A stretch of DNA of 64,000 bases from Macrostomum lignano (taxonomy: Eukaryota): contig NIVC01002222.1 in the NCBI GenBank assembly GCA_002269645.1, forward strand, positions 1 through 64,000, in the 5' to 3' direction. The notes beneath the pieces are model-generated. The model saw nothing but the letters and a program-made list of their open reading frames with translations, was not told the origin of the DNA and ran no database searches. The translations under genes and the position numbers were made by a program. Numbering within the stretch: position 1 is the first letter of the stretch; each line of letters starts with the position of its first letter. This document shows, piece after piece, positions 1 through 18,354 of the stretch.

Positions 1-866
1 GCTCCAGGCAGATCTTACAGCATTGGACTCACCATGCAGAACATCAAGAAGGATCCGAAAGCATACGATGGACAGTGCCTGACCGAGGCTCCCGAGGTGC
101 AGTTTGTCAATCCGTACAATGCCTCGGCGTACAATTTCAGCTACAGCAACAGCTTCTGCTACTTTTCAGAGTTTGCCCGGCAGCTGTCTCAGAACGGTTG
201 CAGTCCATATGTGAACCGCTGCCATGGGAGTACAGAAATGTGAGATTATGCCTGAACACGAGCGACCTAAATGAGTCAGAGATCCAGTCGAATCTCATGC
301 ATGCCTTCACGGCTGACACGGCTACGCTGAAAGACTTCCAGCGGCTGTGCCAGAACAGGCAGCTGTGCCTGACCCTGAAGTACGAGACCAGCATTTCCAG
401 CGCAAATTGGCCAAATGAGAATGGACAGGTTCGCCTAATTATGAACACCATGAGGACCGTCTTTGATGTTTCTCCGACTGTCTCCAGACCTGCGTGGGTG
501 GCTTTTTATTTGATTTTAGAATACCATATCAAGTCTGGGAACATTCCATTTGCGGAAAGTATGGCATCGAAGGTCTTCTCGCGCTCAGGCCTGAAGGTGA
601 CGCTGCGTAGCGAGGAGTCGAGGAGCTCGCAGATCATTCTGTCGCCCGGCTATTCTCTGCAGACTTACATTGCCGATATGGGCGGCACTGCTGGCATCTA
701 CCTGGGCTGCAGCCTGCTTAGCCTGTGCGAGCTCATCGAGCTGCTTTACAACCTGATTGTCAGAACTCGGAGACAGAGGAAGTCCGGCAATGTTGTCCAT
801 GTGAGCGCCGCGTCCCCGGCTGTCAGCACTGTGACTTCGGACAGCCTCAAACTGGCCAAGAAGTAG
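1..866 (+). CDS. DEG/ENaC (ASIC-like) sodium channel, 3' part, 5'-truncated by the window edge; apparent 1-nt frameshift near 213
   Basis: Frame 1 from base 1 reads APGRSYSIGLTMQNIKKDPKAYDGQC...NGCSPY (extracellular Cys-rich region). Frame 3 continues EPLPWEYRNVRLC...CQNRQLC..KYETSISSANWP...YIADMGGTAGIYLGCSLLSLCELIELLY, matching the family pre-TM2/TM2 signature (GG.LGL.LG.S). Adding one G after 213 (gtg-Gaa) joins the frames. Stop TAG at 864-866, AATAAA at 939-944. Confidence 0.88.
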   Translation, partial: SRQILQHWTHHAEHQEGSESIRWTVPDRGSRGAVCQSVQCLGVQFQLQQQLLLLFRVCPAAVSERLQSICEPLPWEYRNVRLCLNTSDLNESEIQSNLMHAFTADTATLKDFQRLCQNRQLCLTLKYETSISSANWPNENGQVRLIMNTMRTVFDVSPTVSRPAWVAFYLILEYHIKSGNIPFAESMASKVFSRSGLKVTLRSEESRSSQIILSPGYSLQTYIADMGGTAGIYLGCSLLSLCELIELLYNLIVRTRRQRKSGNVVHVSAASPAVSTVTSDSLKLAKK

Positions 867-1338
867 GCGGAGTCGGTACGAGTCTACTTCTACGAGTCGG
901 ATGTTCTTGATAATTGATCGACTATGTAGAAATTATTCAATAAACTTCAGTCGCTTAACAAATTATTGTTTTTAAAACGATGTCCGAACATAAAGACTGG
1001 ATGATTATAGTTGAGCCTCAGCCAAAGTTTTATTCAACATAATTTAACACAGATTAAGGCAACGATCATAGAGAAATTTCATTCGTCTGTCTTTGCCGAT
1101 GCACCTTGGATAAAAATACAAAGTGCTACTATTATCTTATTTTTAGAAAGGTAGCTGAATAATACAATCTTATTGGAAAACTAAATTATTAGTTACGCTC
1201 GTATTACTATTTTTAGTGAGCTGATGAAGATTTTAAGTGGAAAAAATAACGCAACGAAAATTTCAATGCATACAATCGTACTAGTAAGTAGATACTGTTA
1301 GTAGTGTAAACTGCGCATTTGTTCAACTTCGCCGCAGC

Positions 1339-2665
1339 TCAGTCGGTGCTCATGTCGGTGCGGTCCAGGTCCTCTCTATCTTCTTCGTCAACTTCGTCCA
1401 CGCCCTCTCGCTTGGAGGAGCGGCGGTTCGACGAGTTTTGAGCGGTGTTGGAGGAGGAGGAGGAGGAGGGAGAGGACTCTTCGGAGTCACCTGCGGTGCC
1501 GGCTTTTCCGTTTTCGGAGGCTTCGCTGGCGGATGATTTGATGGAGCGACCGGTCTGAAATGAACGAGTGCACGAGGGCAAGTCAGGGTCTGGACGAGAG
1601 TCTGGACGAGAGTCTGGCGAGAGTCTGGGCGAGAGTCTGGGCGAGAGTCTGGGCGAGAGTCTGGGCGAGAGTCTGGGCGAGAGTCTGGGCGAGAGTCTGG
1701 GCGAGAGTCTGGGCGAGAGTCTGGGCGAGTCTGGGCGAGGGCCGGGGGAAGGGCAGCCAGCAGCCGAGGCGCTCACCAGACGTCCAACCAGGTGGCTCCC
1801 AGCCTCGGCCAGCCGTTCGGTGGCGCGGGCGCCCAGCCGGTGGCCCAGCTCGTAGGCCATCGCCAGGCTGTGCGCCGGATCGGCCAGCTCGGCGGCCTCG
1901 GACTCTCCGTCGCCAGACTTCTTCTCGGCTTTATTATCGTCATCCTCGCGCTCGACATTCTTGGCGTTGCCGTTGGACGTCTCGGCCGGCGACTCTTCCT
2001 GCGATTTCTTTGCAGTCTTCTCGTCGGGCCCCGGCGGCAGGTAGCGGTCTACGCCGTCGCCGAGCAATTCGATCAGCCGGTCGAAGCGGCGCAAGCCGGA
2101 CTGGCCCAGGCGGCTGGCCACAGCGCGCCGGTAGCCCTCCAGGGTGGACGACTTCACAGACTCCGCCTGCGGAATACGGGGGAGGGGGGGCGGGGCGCGG
2201 CATTTGGTTTGGTGGCTTTTGCTACCCCTCTACTCTGGCTACCTCATTAGCTACCCTACCTACCCCCAATATCTACTACCCAACCCCACTCACCGTAGCG
2301 GCGGCAGCGGTAACCGGACTCAACAGCAAGTCCACTTTCGGTTTCACAGCAGCGCTGTAATAATCCCGTCCTCGCTTCATCACCTCGTCAGTCGGCTCCA
2401 GCACAGTCGGGCAGGCGGTCTCCAGCCGGTCAAGCAGCTGCCGACAAGCCAGACGGTCCAGTCCGGCTGCCCGTTCCTCGTAGCGGCTCAGCAACGGGCT
2501 GGCGGTCTGGGCGGCGCGCCTCAGGCCGCTCTCGGCCAGATCGGCGGCCGACTTGGCGTAGGCGCTGCGGTCCTTGGCCCAGGCGAGGCCGGCAGCGGCT
2601 TGGCCGTAGGCGGAAGCCACCACGGGATAGGCGGTCAGGCGGTTGAAGAAATCGGAGGCGACCAT
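1339..2665 (-). CDS. Perilipin (PAT-domain lipid-droplet protein), 2 exons, about 399 aa
   Basis: Exon 1 is 2665..2294: MVASDFFNRLTAYPVVASAY..AKDRS..AE.GLRRA...P...AAGLDRLACRQLLDRLE..CP.VLEPTDEV, typical of the perilipin N-terminal PAT region. Donor GTGAGT at 2293, acceptor CAG at 2169-2167, phase 0. Exon 2 is 2166..1339, open to the stop, with a low-complexity acidic/Ser tail. Confidence 0.82.
1588..1739. repeat. 12-bp coding tandem repeat (ctgggcgagagt)n in perilipin exon 2
   Basis: About 13 units, including one 11-nt and one 10-nt unit; translates as (SPRL)n/(SRPD)n on the minus strand. Confidence 0.95.
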
Positions 2666-2760
2666 TGCTTACAGAATGTTTGTAGTCTGGCTCAGAGCTT
2701 TGGTAGAATTCAGAATTCAGACTTGTTGACTCAGACCGCGTGTCTGTCTGCTGAGGGTAT

Positions 2761-2768
2761 TATTTATA
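2761..2768 (-). promoter_or_regulatory. Candidate TATA box of the perilipin gene
   Basis: TATAAATA on the minus strand, about 95 nt upstream of the ATG at 2665. Confidence 0.45.
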
Positions 2769-3795
2769 ACCGGAGAGTGAGAGAGAAATTCAAGCCTACC
2801 GTTGGGGGTGCGAGGTGCAATGTGCAAGAGCGTGACTAAGGCCTGAGAGAGACAGAGAGTTTTACCTCCAACCCCCCCCCCCAGTGCGCACCCACCGACC
2901 TTCGGACCTCCCCCCCCACTCTCAAGAAGCGTGCAATTGCGTGTCTTGAATAATAATAAGGTATTTAGTTGGACTGGTTGGTTAGTGCGTGGCTAAAAAC
3001 ACAGACAACCTTAGCTGGGGCTCCTTCTGTCTCTCTCTGTGACTCCTAAGTCGGGTTCAAAGTCCATACACCACTCTTAAATCAGCATGCTTGCATGCCC
3101 CAGATAATCTCTGCTCTCCTTTCACCGCCACGTGACGCGTGATTCACACATTAAAGTTAACTGAGTTGTTTTCGATCTGTTTACTGAATTGGCCGTAGCA
3201 CTGAATGTAATTACGAGTTGTGATAGCTCGCACACGCAATTCACATGACATTTACCTATTACCTCCGGTTTTGAGCGGCTACTCCAAATTATCGCTAGTA
3301 GCTCTGCGGGTCAAAGATCGCTCAAATCAATGTACAGTTGGTTCAGATCAATGTTAAAACTGATTTGAGCAAAATTTATTTAATCCGCAGAGCCACTAGC
3401 GGTAAACCGGCCTTAACAGTTAACAGTCTACCTGATCACGCTCGCACAGACCCCAAAGGGCATAGATTCACTATTACATTACGAAATAGTTGATTGCACG
3501 AGAGGTCAAAGAATTTTCCTAACACGTTGTGACAATTAAGGTTATTCTTTTTTGTGTTTTTGCAAATTTGACACGTAACTGTCTGAATTAAGGTATCAGG
3601 ATTAATTAGAGATGAAAAAATCCTGGGATGTTCATCTGTGCCATTTTTTTAAAGAAAACAACAGGTTAAATTCTTAACTTTTAGTTTTGCCACTTTTTAC
3701 TCAGTGTTAGAAAAATTATCACATCTGACACTTAATGCAGTGCTCACAGCCACCTAGCGAATCAACTACTCGTAATTAGCTCTGATTATACTCCC

Positions 3796-4944
3796 GAGAC
3801 CGAGGTGCTGGCTGTGTCGGCCGACATCCCAGCGGATCTGACGTGCCGCGGCGCAGACGGGCAGACGGCCAGGTTCGCACGCTGCAAGTGGTTCACCTCA
3901 ACCGCAGAGACCTCAGAGCAGTTAGCATGGCCCTCTCCGGGCATGGATGCTTCTCTCGCCACCGCTTCCTTCAGGGCCAAGTACCCGAAGAGCGGTGCCC
4001 CTTCTGCCGCTCAGGCAGTGAAAACACTTTTATCTGCCACTGCCCGGTTTTCACCAGGGCCAGGCTCACTCACCTCGGGCCTAACCCGGTTCTCTCCGAC
4101 GTTTGCAGGCCCGAGAGCATCCCGCTGCTTGCCCGGTACCTCAGGGACACGGGACGAGCTGACTTCTTCCCCACCGCCGGTGAGGAGGACCGCGCTGCAG
4201 GCGAGACCGACGGGTCCCCTTGAGCGACAACACTTCAACGAAAGTCATTGGTCGCCAGGGGCTAGCGAAATGGGCGGTCCCCTCCGCCTCCTCGCTGCAT
4301 CCGCCGGACGCCCCCTGCAGCTAAGTCAAGTGGTTCACCTACCTCGGCGGTCTGGTGCCTCACGTGGAGGAAGACCTCCGGCGGCGCAGAGGACGTGCCT
4401 GGGCGGCCTTCCGTTCGATCCGGGCCGACGTCCAGTCCGAAGCGCTGCCCAACCGCCAGAGGGCTCGGCTGTGGCAGGCGGTGGTCGAAACCGTCCTGCT
4501 CTACAACGCCGAGACGTGGACGCTGACGGCTACGCTGGAGCGGCAGCTGGACTCGGCGCACTCAGGGCTGCTCCGTGCGGCCTTTCGAGCTGACGAGAGC
4601 GTCGGGACCGAGGCCCTGTACGATCTGGCCAAGCTGCATCATCCTCCATCATCCTGCGCCGGCGGCGACTTCAACGGGCGCGCCACGTGATCCGGGCCGA
4701 GGGCTACTGCACCCAACCTGTTCAGGACGTCCTGCTGCTCACCCTGCAGGGCCCGTTGAGGCGGGGCCAGTCTTAAACCCGTCGATACGTAGACTGCCTC
4801 CTACGCGACGCCGGGGGCGCCCGACACTGCCAACGGGGCGGACTTTGTCCGCTCTCAGGCTCTGCGGCGCGCCATCCGACGCACCCTGCTCTGCGACTTT
4901 GCTTGTGGGGCTGCGTAATTTATTGTTGTTGTTGTTTGCTGTTG
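3796..4944 (+). mobile_element. 5'-truncated RTE-like non-LTR retrotransposon (RT C-terminal part), degenerate
   Basis: 10-bp TSD TTATACTCCC at 3786-3795 and 4945-4954, with a (TTG)n-like tail at about 4920-4944. Removing the nested insert gives the in-frame sequence ETEVLAVS...RCKWFT|YLGGLVPHVEEDLRRRRGRAWAAFRSIR...VETVLLYNAETW. After a frameshift near 4645 it reads IILRRRRLQRARHVIR. These motifs are typical of RTE-clade ORF C-termini. Confidence 0.88.
3899..4326 (+). mobile_element. Nested 3' fragment of a second non-LTR retrotransposon (I/R1/Tad-like C-terminal zinc-knuckle region plus 3'UTR)
   Basis: 14-bp TSD CAAGTGGTTCACCT at 3885-3898 and 4327-4340. Encodes LNRRDLRAVSMALSGHGCFSRH...CPFCRSGSENTFICHCP..R..R...L.RYLRDTGR, with a stop at 4223. 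Confidence 0.85.
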
Positions 4945-6586
4945 TTATACTCCCATTCGGAATATTGACCAAATCGATTATGTCACGTTATTTGATGTTG
5001 TCCGTGACCCTTAAAAGGGCCGTTTTAGTCCCAAATGAATCGAGTCAAGTCTTGATAGCGGATTTGTGTAGCGGAGCACTTGGCATACAAGGCCGGAAAC
5101 TGGCCGTAGTTGGTTATTATTGTTGAGATCAATATTCGATGCGGTTAATATCAATATAGAACTTATTGCGCTTTGGGGCACTGGCGGCTGCAACAATGGT
5201 TTTGACTTGAAGGTGAGTTAGAGATTGTAGTTGAGTGGTAGGCGAGTGATGCAAGACGATGCAACGTGGTGAGTAACGGCGATGAGTACAACAGTGGCAG
5301 ATGCGTAGTGGTGAGATTGGCGTTAGCCGTGGCAGACAGTGGCAGGCAGTGTAAACAGGCTGGCCCAGACAGAGAGAAGGAAAACAAGGCCGAGGACAGG
5401 CCGGGAGGAAGAGAGAAGCACAGATAAGGACGGGAGTGAGGAGTGCCGCCGCCAGGCGGGGGGTTTAATAAAGGAGCGCAGAGGGGGTAGCGCGAAGCAC
5501 GAGTGGTTTTCATTGGCTGGCGAGAGAACTTAAAATTATCGATCGTGCCAATTTTATACGGTCGCAAGAGAGGATAGCAAAATATACAGTGAATTAGAAA
5601 TTGCCACAAAATCGTTGGGCTCTACTATAAGTAAACGTTAAAATAAACTATTGGAGAAATTAATATGAGAAATTACAAGGGAAAATATAGTCCAGCGGCC
5701 CTTTTCGGGACCACCTTAAACTGACAACGTCACAATTACGACCAAGTGCGGCTGGTGCGGGGTCCAGGGTTCGAGAGCGCCTGGGGCTCGGGGTGTCGGT
5801 GCCAACTTGGAGGACAGTCGACCGGCCCGGCAAGCAAGCAGGTTACCAAACGATGTAAATCACAGATCTTCTCTCTCTCGAACCAGCATCACGCACACAA
5901 ATTCGAACTCTTGACTTCATAAAAATATTAAAAATGTTTTTGCTTGAAGTCATCTGTGTAATAATAATTAATACAAAAACAATTAATTAGAGAAACCCGT
6001 TTTTGAATTGGATAATTTATTTAAACTGTAGAAAAATCTTGAAACAATATTATTGTTTTACTCGTATTTTAGTTAGATAATATGAAATTGATTTGGGTAA
6101 TGTACGTATCAGTTTATAGAAGAAGCTGGGGATTTTCTATCTCAGAGTAATGTGCCAATCGAATTGTGCCAACTCAGTAAAATCAATAGAGTGAAATATC
6201 TATTGTAAAAATTAGTAGTCTACTAAATCAACTACGGCTATTAAGTAATAATAATGGCCAAATATGCAACCGACAGCTCAGCCGCAGCTATTGTGCGTCG
6301 CATCTGAAGGCTGCGTACGGCTGTTCAGTCCAAGGATTAGGGGAGGGGGTCGCCACACACACACCATCAATTATTCCAGCTAATGCTGGCACCAATTTTA
6401 CAGCTTAGGGTGAACTGAAGCAATCGCTCAAAGACACAAATTGTTCACAACTGGGTCGAAAATCGAACCCCCCGACCTTTCAATAGTGAGTCCGAAGCTG
6501 TGGTCTTAATAAAAATTAGAAAGATTAAAGATCGAAAACGTCATAACAGGGATAGTTAGGATAATGATCACTTTGTGCATCATCAG

Positions 6587-7396
6587 TCACTCGCTTAGTA
6601 CGCAGACTTTTTGAGCCGCAGCGTCGATCTCAGCCTGCTCACGCTGCTTTCCCTTGATCGTGGCCTCCGCCAGCTCCAAATACTTGGACAGAACTTGAAT
6701 CTCCGTAGCTTTTCCTGCCAAACTGTCTGCCTGGGAGTTGAGCTGTCGAATTTTGTCCTCCAGCAGGTTTAGGTCGTTTTTAAGAGCATCGATCAGCTGG
6801 TTCAGGCGACTAATCCGATCATAGGCTTTGAAGGCAATCAGGCAGGCACCGCCGCTCGCTACTAGAAGTGGTGGCGCCACAAGGCCAGACATGAGAGCTA
6901 CCTGACTGGCACATATCAGGCCAGCCAGAGTGAGGCCCCCTCCATATAAAACAGTGTTCGACTTTGACTCATTAGCCGAATTGATGTCCACCTTGCACCG
7001 TTCAGCCAGGTCTGTCGCAGATCTTAGCGCCGACTGCAGAACTTCGTCTAGTTTAGCATAAGAAGAATTAATCTTCCTAGCAGCGGGCAGCAAGTCTTGA
7101 ATCAGTGAGAGCATTCGCCTGTTGTCGACTCCCATTTTCATTTTCTCTTGAACTCGTTCCCATCCGCTCAGGAAGAGCTGACAGTCCGCCTCGAACTCTC
7201 TCGCCGACTTTTCGCACTGCCTGATCATGTTGGCGAGTTTTGTCTGGATCTCTGACTTAATCCTAGCTTCGGATTGAGTCAGCTGAGCAAGTTATTTGCC
7301 AAAAACTTCATTAAGCTCTTTGGCCAGTTGAGTGCAGTCCTTAACAGTGCCAACCGCACTTCCGATAATTTCAAATATGTCTTTTAAGTTGGACAT
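6587..7396 (-). pseudogene. Intronless 269-codon coiled-coil/hydrophobic-hairpin/coiled-coil gene with an in-frame TAA at codon 35 (pseudogene, null allele or sequence error); ApoL/alpha-pore-former-like architecture
   Basis: ATG at 7396 (MSNLKDIFEIIGSAVG...FGK), TAA at 7294-7292, then an in-frame continuation LAQLTQSEARIK... into the listed 213-aa ORF. Contains the Gly-rich double hydrophobic segment VLYGGGLTLAGLICASQVALMSGLVAPPLLVASGGACLIAF, flanked by heptad-rich helices. The family assignment is inference only. Confidence 0.6.
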
Positions 7397-7463
7397 ATTT
7401 TCTTGCAGCAATATGAGAAAATACACCGAAGGCACGGAATAACTGGATACAGATTGTCATAAC

Positions 7464-7495
7464 ACTGAGAAAATGTGAAAGCAGTTGTATTTATT
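7464..7495 (-). promoter_or_regulatory. Candidate core promoter (AATAAATA plus TCAGT initiator) of the 6587-7396 gene
   Basis: AATAAATA at 7495-7488 and TCAGT at 7468-7464 on the minus strand, about 29 nt apart and about 70 nt upstream of the ATG. Confidence 0.4.
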
Positions 7496-8876
7496 GACCC
7501 TCAGCATACGTACATCAAAAGGGGAACTTCACTTTTGGGTGTATACTTTGATGTACGAGAAATTTTAATGCCTTCTCCCCTTGCACATGGCAGTGAATAG
7601 AGATTACTTTCACACTACTCAGACAGCGCAAAAATGTACACATTCAATTTAGAAAAAGATGCATGCTCGCTTACTCATTCATTTGAAGGACAATGCGGGC
7701 TATAGTGTATAAGATTCTGCTAATTTATATAATTCCACTTTTCCTTTAGCGGTTTAAAGTAAGCTAGGCATTATTTAAAGTACATGCGTAAATAGCATCA
7801 ATGAATTATGTACAGGGTACTGGCTGAGTGAAAAAATCATTAAATTATTTTTTTAAATACAGGTTTTTAATAAATTTATGAGATACTTATGAGCTCTTAT
7901 AATTGATTAGTCAATTGTAGACAATTGTTAGGACAATTGTAAAATTAGACATGCTGTAATTCTGAGCTGGTATCTTACTTTTGCTGCAAATCTTCTTTCT
8001 TCTCTGGCAACTTTCCGGCTGGCAAAAAACAAATGCAAAAAATAAAAAGGAGACTAAAAGAGAATTTCCAAAGCTTTTTTATCGGGATTTCTGGGCGAAT
8101 CGCAGTAGTAGAAAACCTAAGGGTATACAGACTCCAGAGAACTATAGAGGTTTCAGCTGAATCCTTGCATTGGAATTAGTGTACTTGCTGATACATGCAC
8201 AGCGTAAATTGAGCTTCAATATAAATTGAATTAATCTTTGTGCTCTTTGTCTTTGATGTAACGACGAAATCATTATTTGCAATTTTCGATCCAAAGCCCA
8301 TATGCCAAGCCCGGCCTCGTCCAACATCAGATCTGTATGTAAATGTTTTAAATTAGATTATAAAGAAGGTACCAATGAATAGTTTAAGTTTTTTGTGTGT
8401 TTACATATAATTTACCGACCATTTGAATTTTTGTCTAAAATAACTTTAGATCTATCTATCTTAAAGGCAAAGAAAGATATGTTGGTTAAAAATAACGACA
8501 TGGACCAGTCCAGTTAGCTATAATAACAAGCATCATTAAAATGCTTATTCAAAATTCATGGGAAGAGTGGGAGTAGAGTAGCGACAGGCTAGGTCGTTAT
8601 GAAAGTTGTACATTTTGATAAGCATTTTAAATGCTGGAGTGTCGTGATATTTTTTTAAATAAGCGTCTAAAATTATTCAGATAAAATAATTTTTTAAAAG
8701 CATAAGGTATATGCATGCAGCATTTTACGATTGTTTTACTAGTTGCTGTTGTCAAGTAACTGTTTTACGACACATTTTTAACGTGAGCCACTCGCGCTAT
8801 ATTGTTCAAGCGTAGACCTACGATAGTTTACAGTTATTTGTATAACTTTATTGATTATTATATATCTCGATTAAAG

Positions 8877-15039
<6,163 letters not shown>

Positions 15040-15917
15040 GGCGGCCGACCCGGACGCGCTGCGGTGGAGACCAGACACGCCTACCCAGTAGCAGAAATCT
15101 TTATTAGATGCTTGTTGCCGCTAAATAACTCGTAATTTCCCTAACGATATCACTATGCTGCTTTATGGCCTCGCTACTCTTTGTCACTGTAATCTCTCTG
15201 AAAATTTTAGTCGATTTACCTGTAGAAGGATGCGTTTCTGGGGAAGAGTTTTTACCATAGACAATCTTGGTCGAGAACGAAATGAAAATTCGTTAAAGAA
15301 ACATTTAAAAAAAAAAATTATTTGGTTTTGTTAAAGCGAATCAACTCTGGGATCAGCAGAGGTTTTTTCTTCCATAATCGTACTGGCTAGAACTCTTCCA
15401 TACAATATTTTTATTTTCCATCGGTTTGAAAACTTCTCTGCTTTCACAGGTCACCAACTGGCTGCTATTAAAGAAATGTTAAATTGCATCACGCGACTCA
15501 CTCACTGTGTGTGTTTTGTTTTCCAAGAACCCTGTATCGAACTTCCGTTTAGAGCAAGTTTAGGCTGACTTACCTAGACTGCGTATTGGACCGCTTTTCC
15601 AGTGTACAATCTGATTATAATCTTTTTTACTTCCATTTTTACTGTCTGCAGCTGGTTTTGCCTGCGCGGCCCCAGTTTACTACAAGACGACGAAATTTTT
15701 AGAATCCTTATCTGTACTCTTTTCTTAATGTTTTCCTATAGTCTCCACTAGAAGCAGCCGCAAGTACGGGTTGCCTTGCTATTCTGTGTCTCTAAACAAA
15801 TCTCAAGTGAAAAATAGCCGATCAAAGCGAGGAGAGCTTTTTCGTTTTCCTTTTAAATTCCTGCTGGTTTGTCGAACTTTTCGTGTACTTTAACCGCAGA
15901 TTTTCTGCCGCCACCCT

Positions 15918-16500
15918 TAGGGTGAGAAAGAAGGGGAGAGGCTGAGGGATAGGGTGAGAGAGAAGGGGAGAGGCTGAGGGAAAGGGTGAGAAAGAATGGG
16001 GAGAGGCTGAGGGATAGGGTGAGAAAGAAGGGGAGAGGCTGAGGGATAGGGTGAGAGAGAAGGGGAGAGGCTGAGGGAAAGGGTGAGAAAGAATGGGGAG
16101 AGGCTGAGGGATAGGGTGAGAAAGAAGGGGAGAGGCTGAGATACAGGGTGAGAAAGAAAGGGAGAGACTGAAAGACAGGGTGAGAAAGGAGGGGAGAGGC
16201 TGACAGGGTAAGAAAGAAGGGGCGAGACTAAGAGACAGGGTAGAAGAAAATAAAGAGGCTGAGGGATAGGGTGAGAAAGAAGGGGGCGAATGAGAGACAG
16301 GGTAAGAAAGAAGAGGAGAGAATGAGAGACAGGGTGAGAAAGAAGAGGCGAGACTAAGATACAGGGTGAGAAAGAAGGGGAGAGAGCGAGAAACAGGGTG
16401 AGAAAGAAAGGGGTGAATGAGAGACAGGGTGAGAAAAAAACGAGAGACTGAGAGATAGGGTGAGAAAGAAGGGAGGACAGTGAAAGGAAGGGTGAGAGAA
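15918..16500. repeat. GA-rich minisatellite, unit about 32 bp
   Basis: Unit agaaagaaggggagaggctgagggatagggtg; the first units follow an ABC-ABC-A order and the array decays to the right. Confidence 0.93.
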
Positions 16501-17036
16501 TGCGGAGACGATAGGGAACAAACAAAAAAGGGGAAAATAAGAAGGGAGCCCTGAAGCGGTGCTCCCAAAGTATAGATTGGATCGATTTGCACTTCAAATA
16601 CCAAATACAAAATGGCAGTCAACTTGCGTATTGGGAAGAAAGATTTGTTTTACAAGCCGATTCCACCTTCGAGGAATCGGGGCGGTGCGAACAAGTATTT
16701 GCTTAGCTGAACTGAGTTCTCGGTCCCATGGCAACTGCCGAGCAAACAGGAATTCCTACTATCTGCAAGCTGGCTTTTGAAATTGGTTTCTTAATAATTC
16801 CGCCGGCTAAGGAGGGATTTGGCGAACAGGTGGCTCACGACATTCGCTTGGGGGAGAGGCGGATTTCTGTCCAGCTTAACTTTGTTGTAAAAAGGCATTA
16901 GGGGGTGCTGCGGGGGGGTGAGACGCTTGCCAGTCATGCGACTTGCCAGGGACTTCTCAGCGAAAGAGAATCCGGATCGGAAGGCGCCATGACTACACTG
17001 ATATCGAAAATATAGATCCATCCTAGATAGACAGAT

Positions 17037-17990
<954 letters not shown>

Positions 17991-18354
17991 TAAAGAAGAC
18001 ATCTACTCGAACTAAGAAGCTTTCGGGCCACCGCGCGCCGAACTTGAGAAGATATGGAGAGTCGGGGGAGCAGTCGCTGAAGTGGGAGATGAGCCCGCCC
18101 ATCCCGCCTGTGACAGCCGTGCACAGGGCGGTACAGGGCAGGCGGGAAGATAAGAGGGAGAAAACATTTCGCAAGAATCCTCTTTGGTCTCCGCTACCCA
18201 AGTAGCAGCAGCTGCTTGCATGCAATTCTGCGCTGGCATGAATTATTGATGCGCATCTGCTTAGCTCGCCGCGCGATCACCAGAATGTGCTCGGGAGGCA
18301 TTCTGCTTCTCACCTCATTCTCAATCTTCGCGACTTTGCTGTTCTCCTCTCACT

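Noticed and set aside
1560-2839. Plus-strand ORFs such as (RVWA)n and (GESL)n and the 231-aa ORF
   Set aside because: They are antisense shadows of the GC-rich perilipin CDS.
3805-4593. 262-aa ORF, or a single chimeric two-domain retroelement ORF
   Set aside because: It is explained by the nested insertion; the ORF crosses the insert in a non-coding frame.
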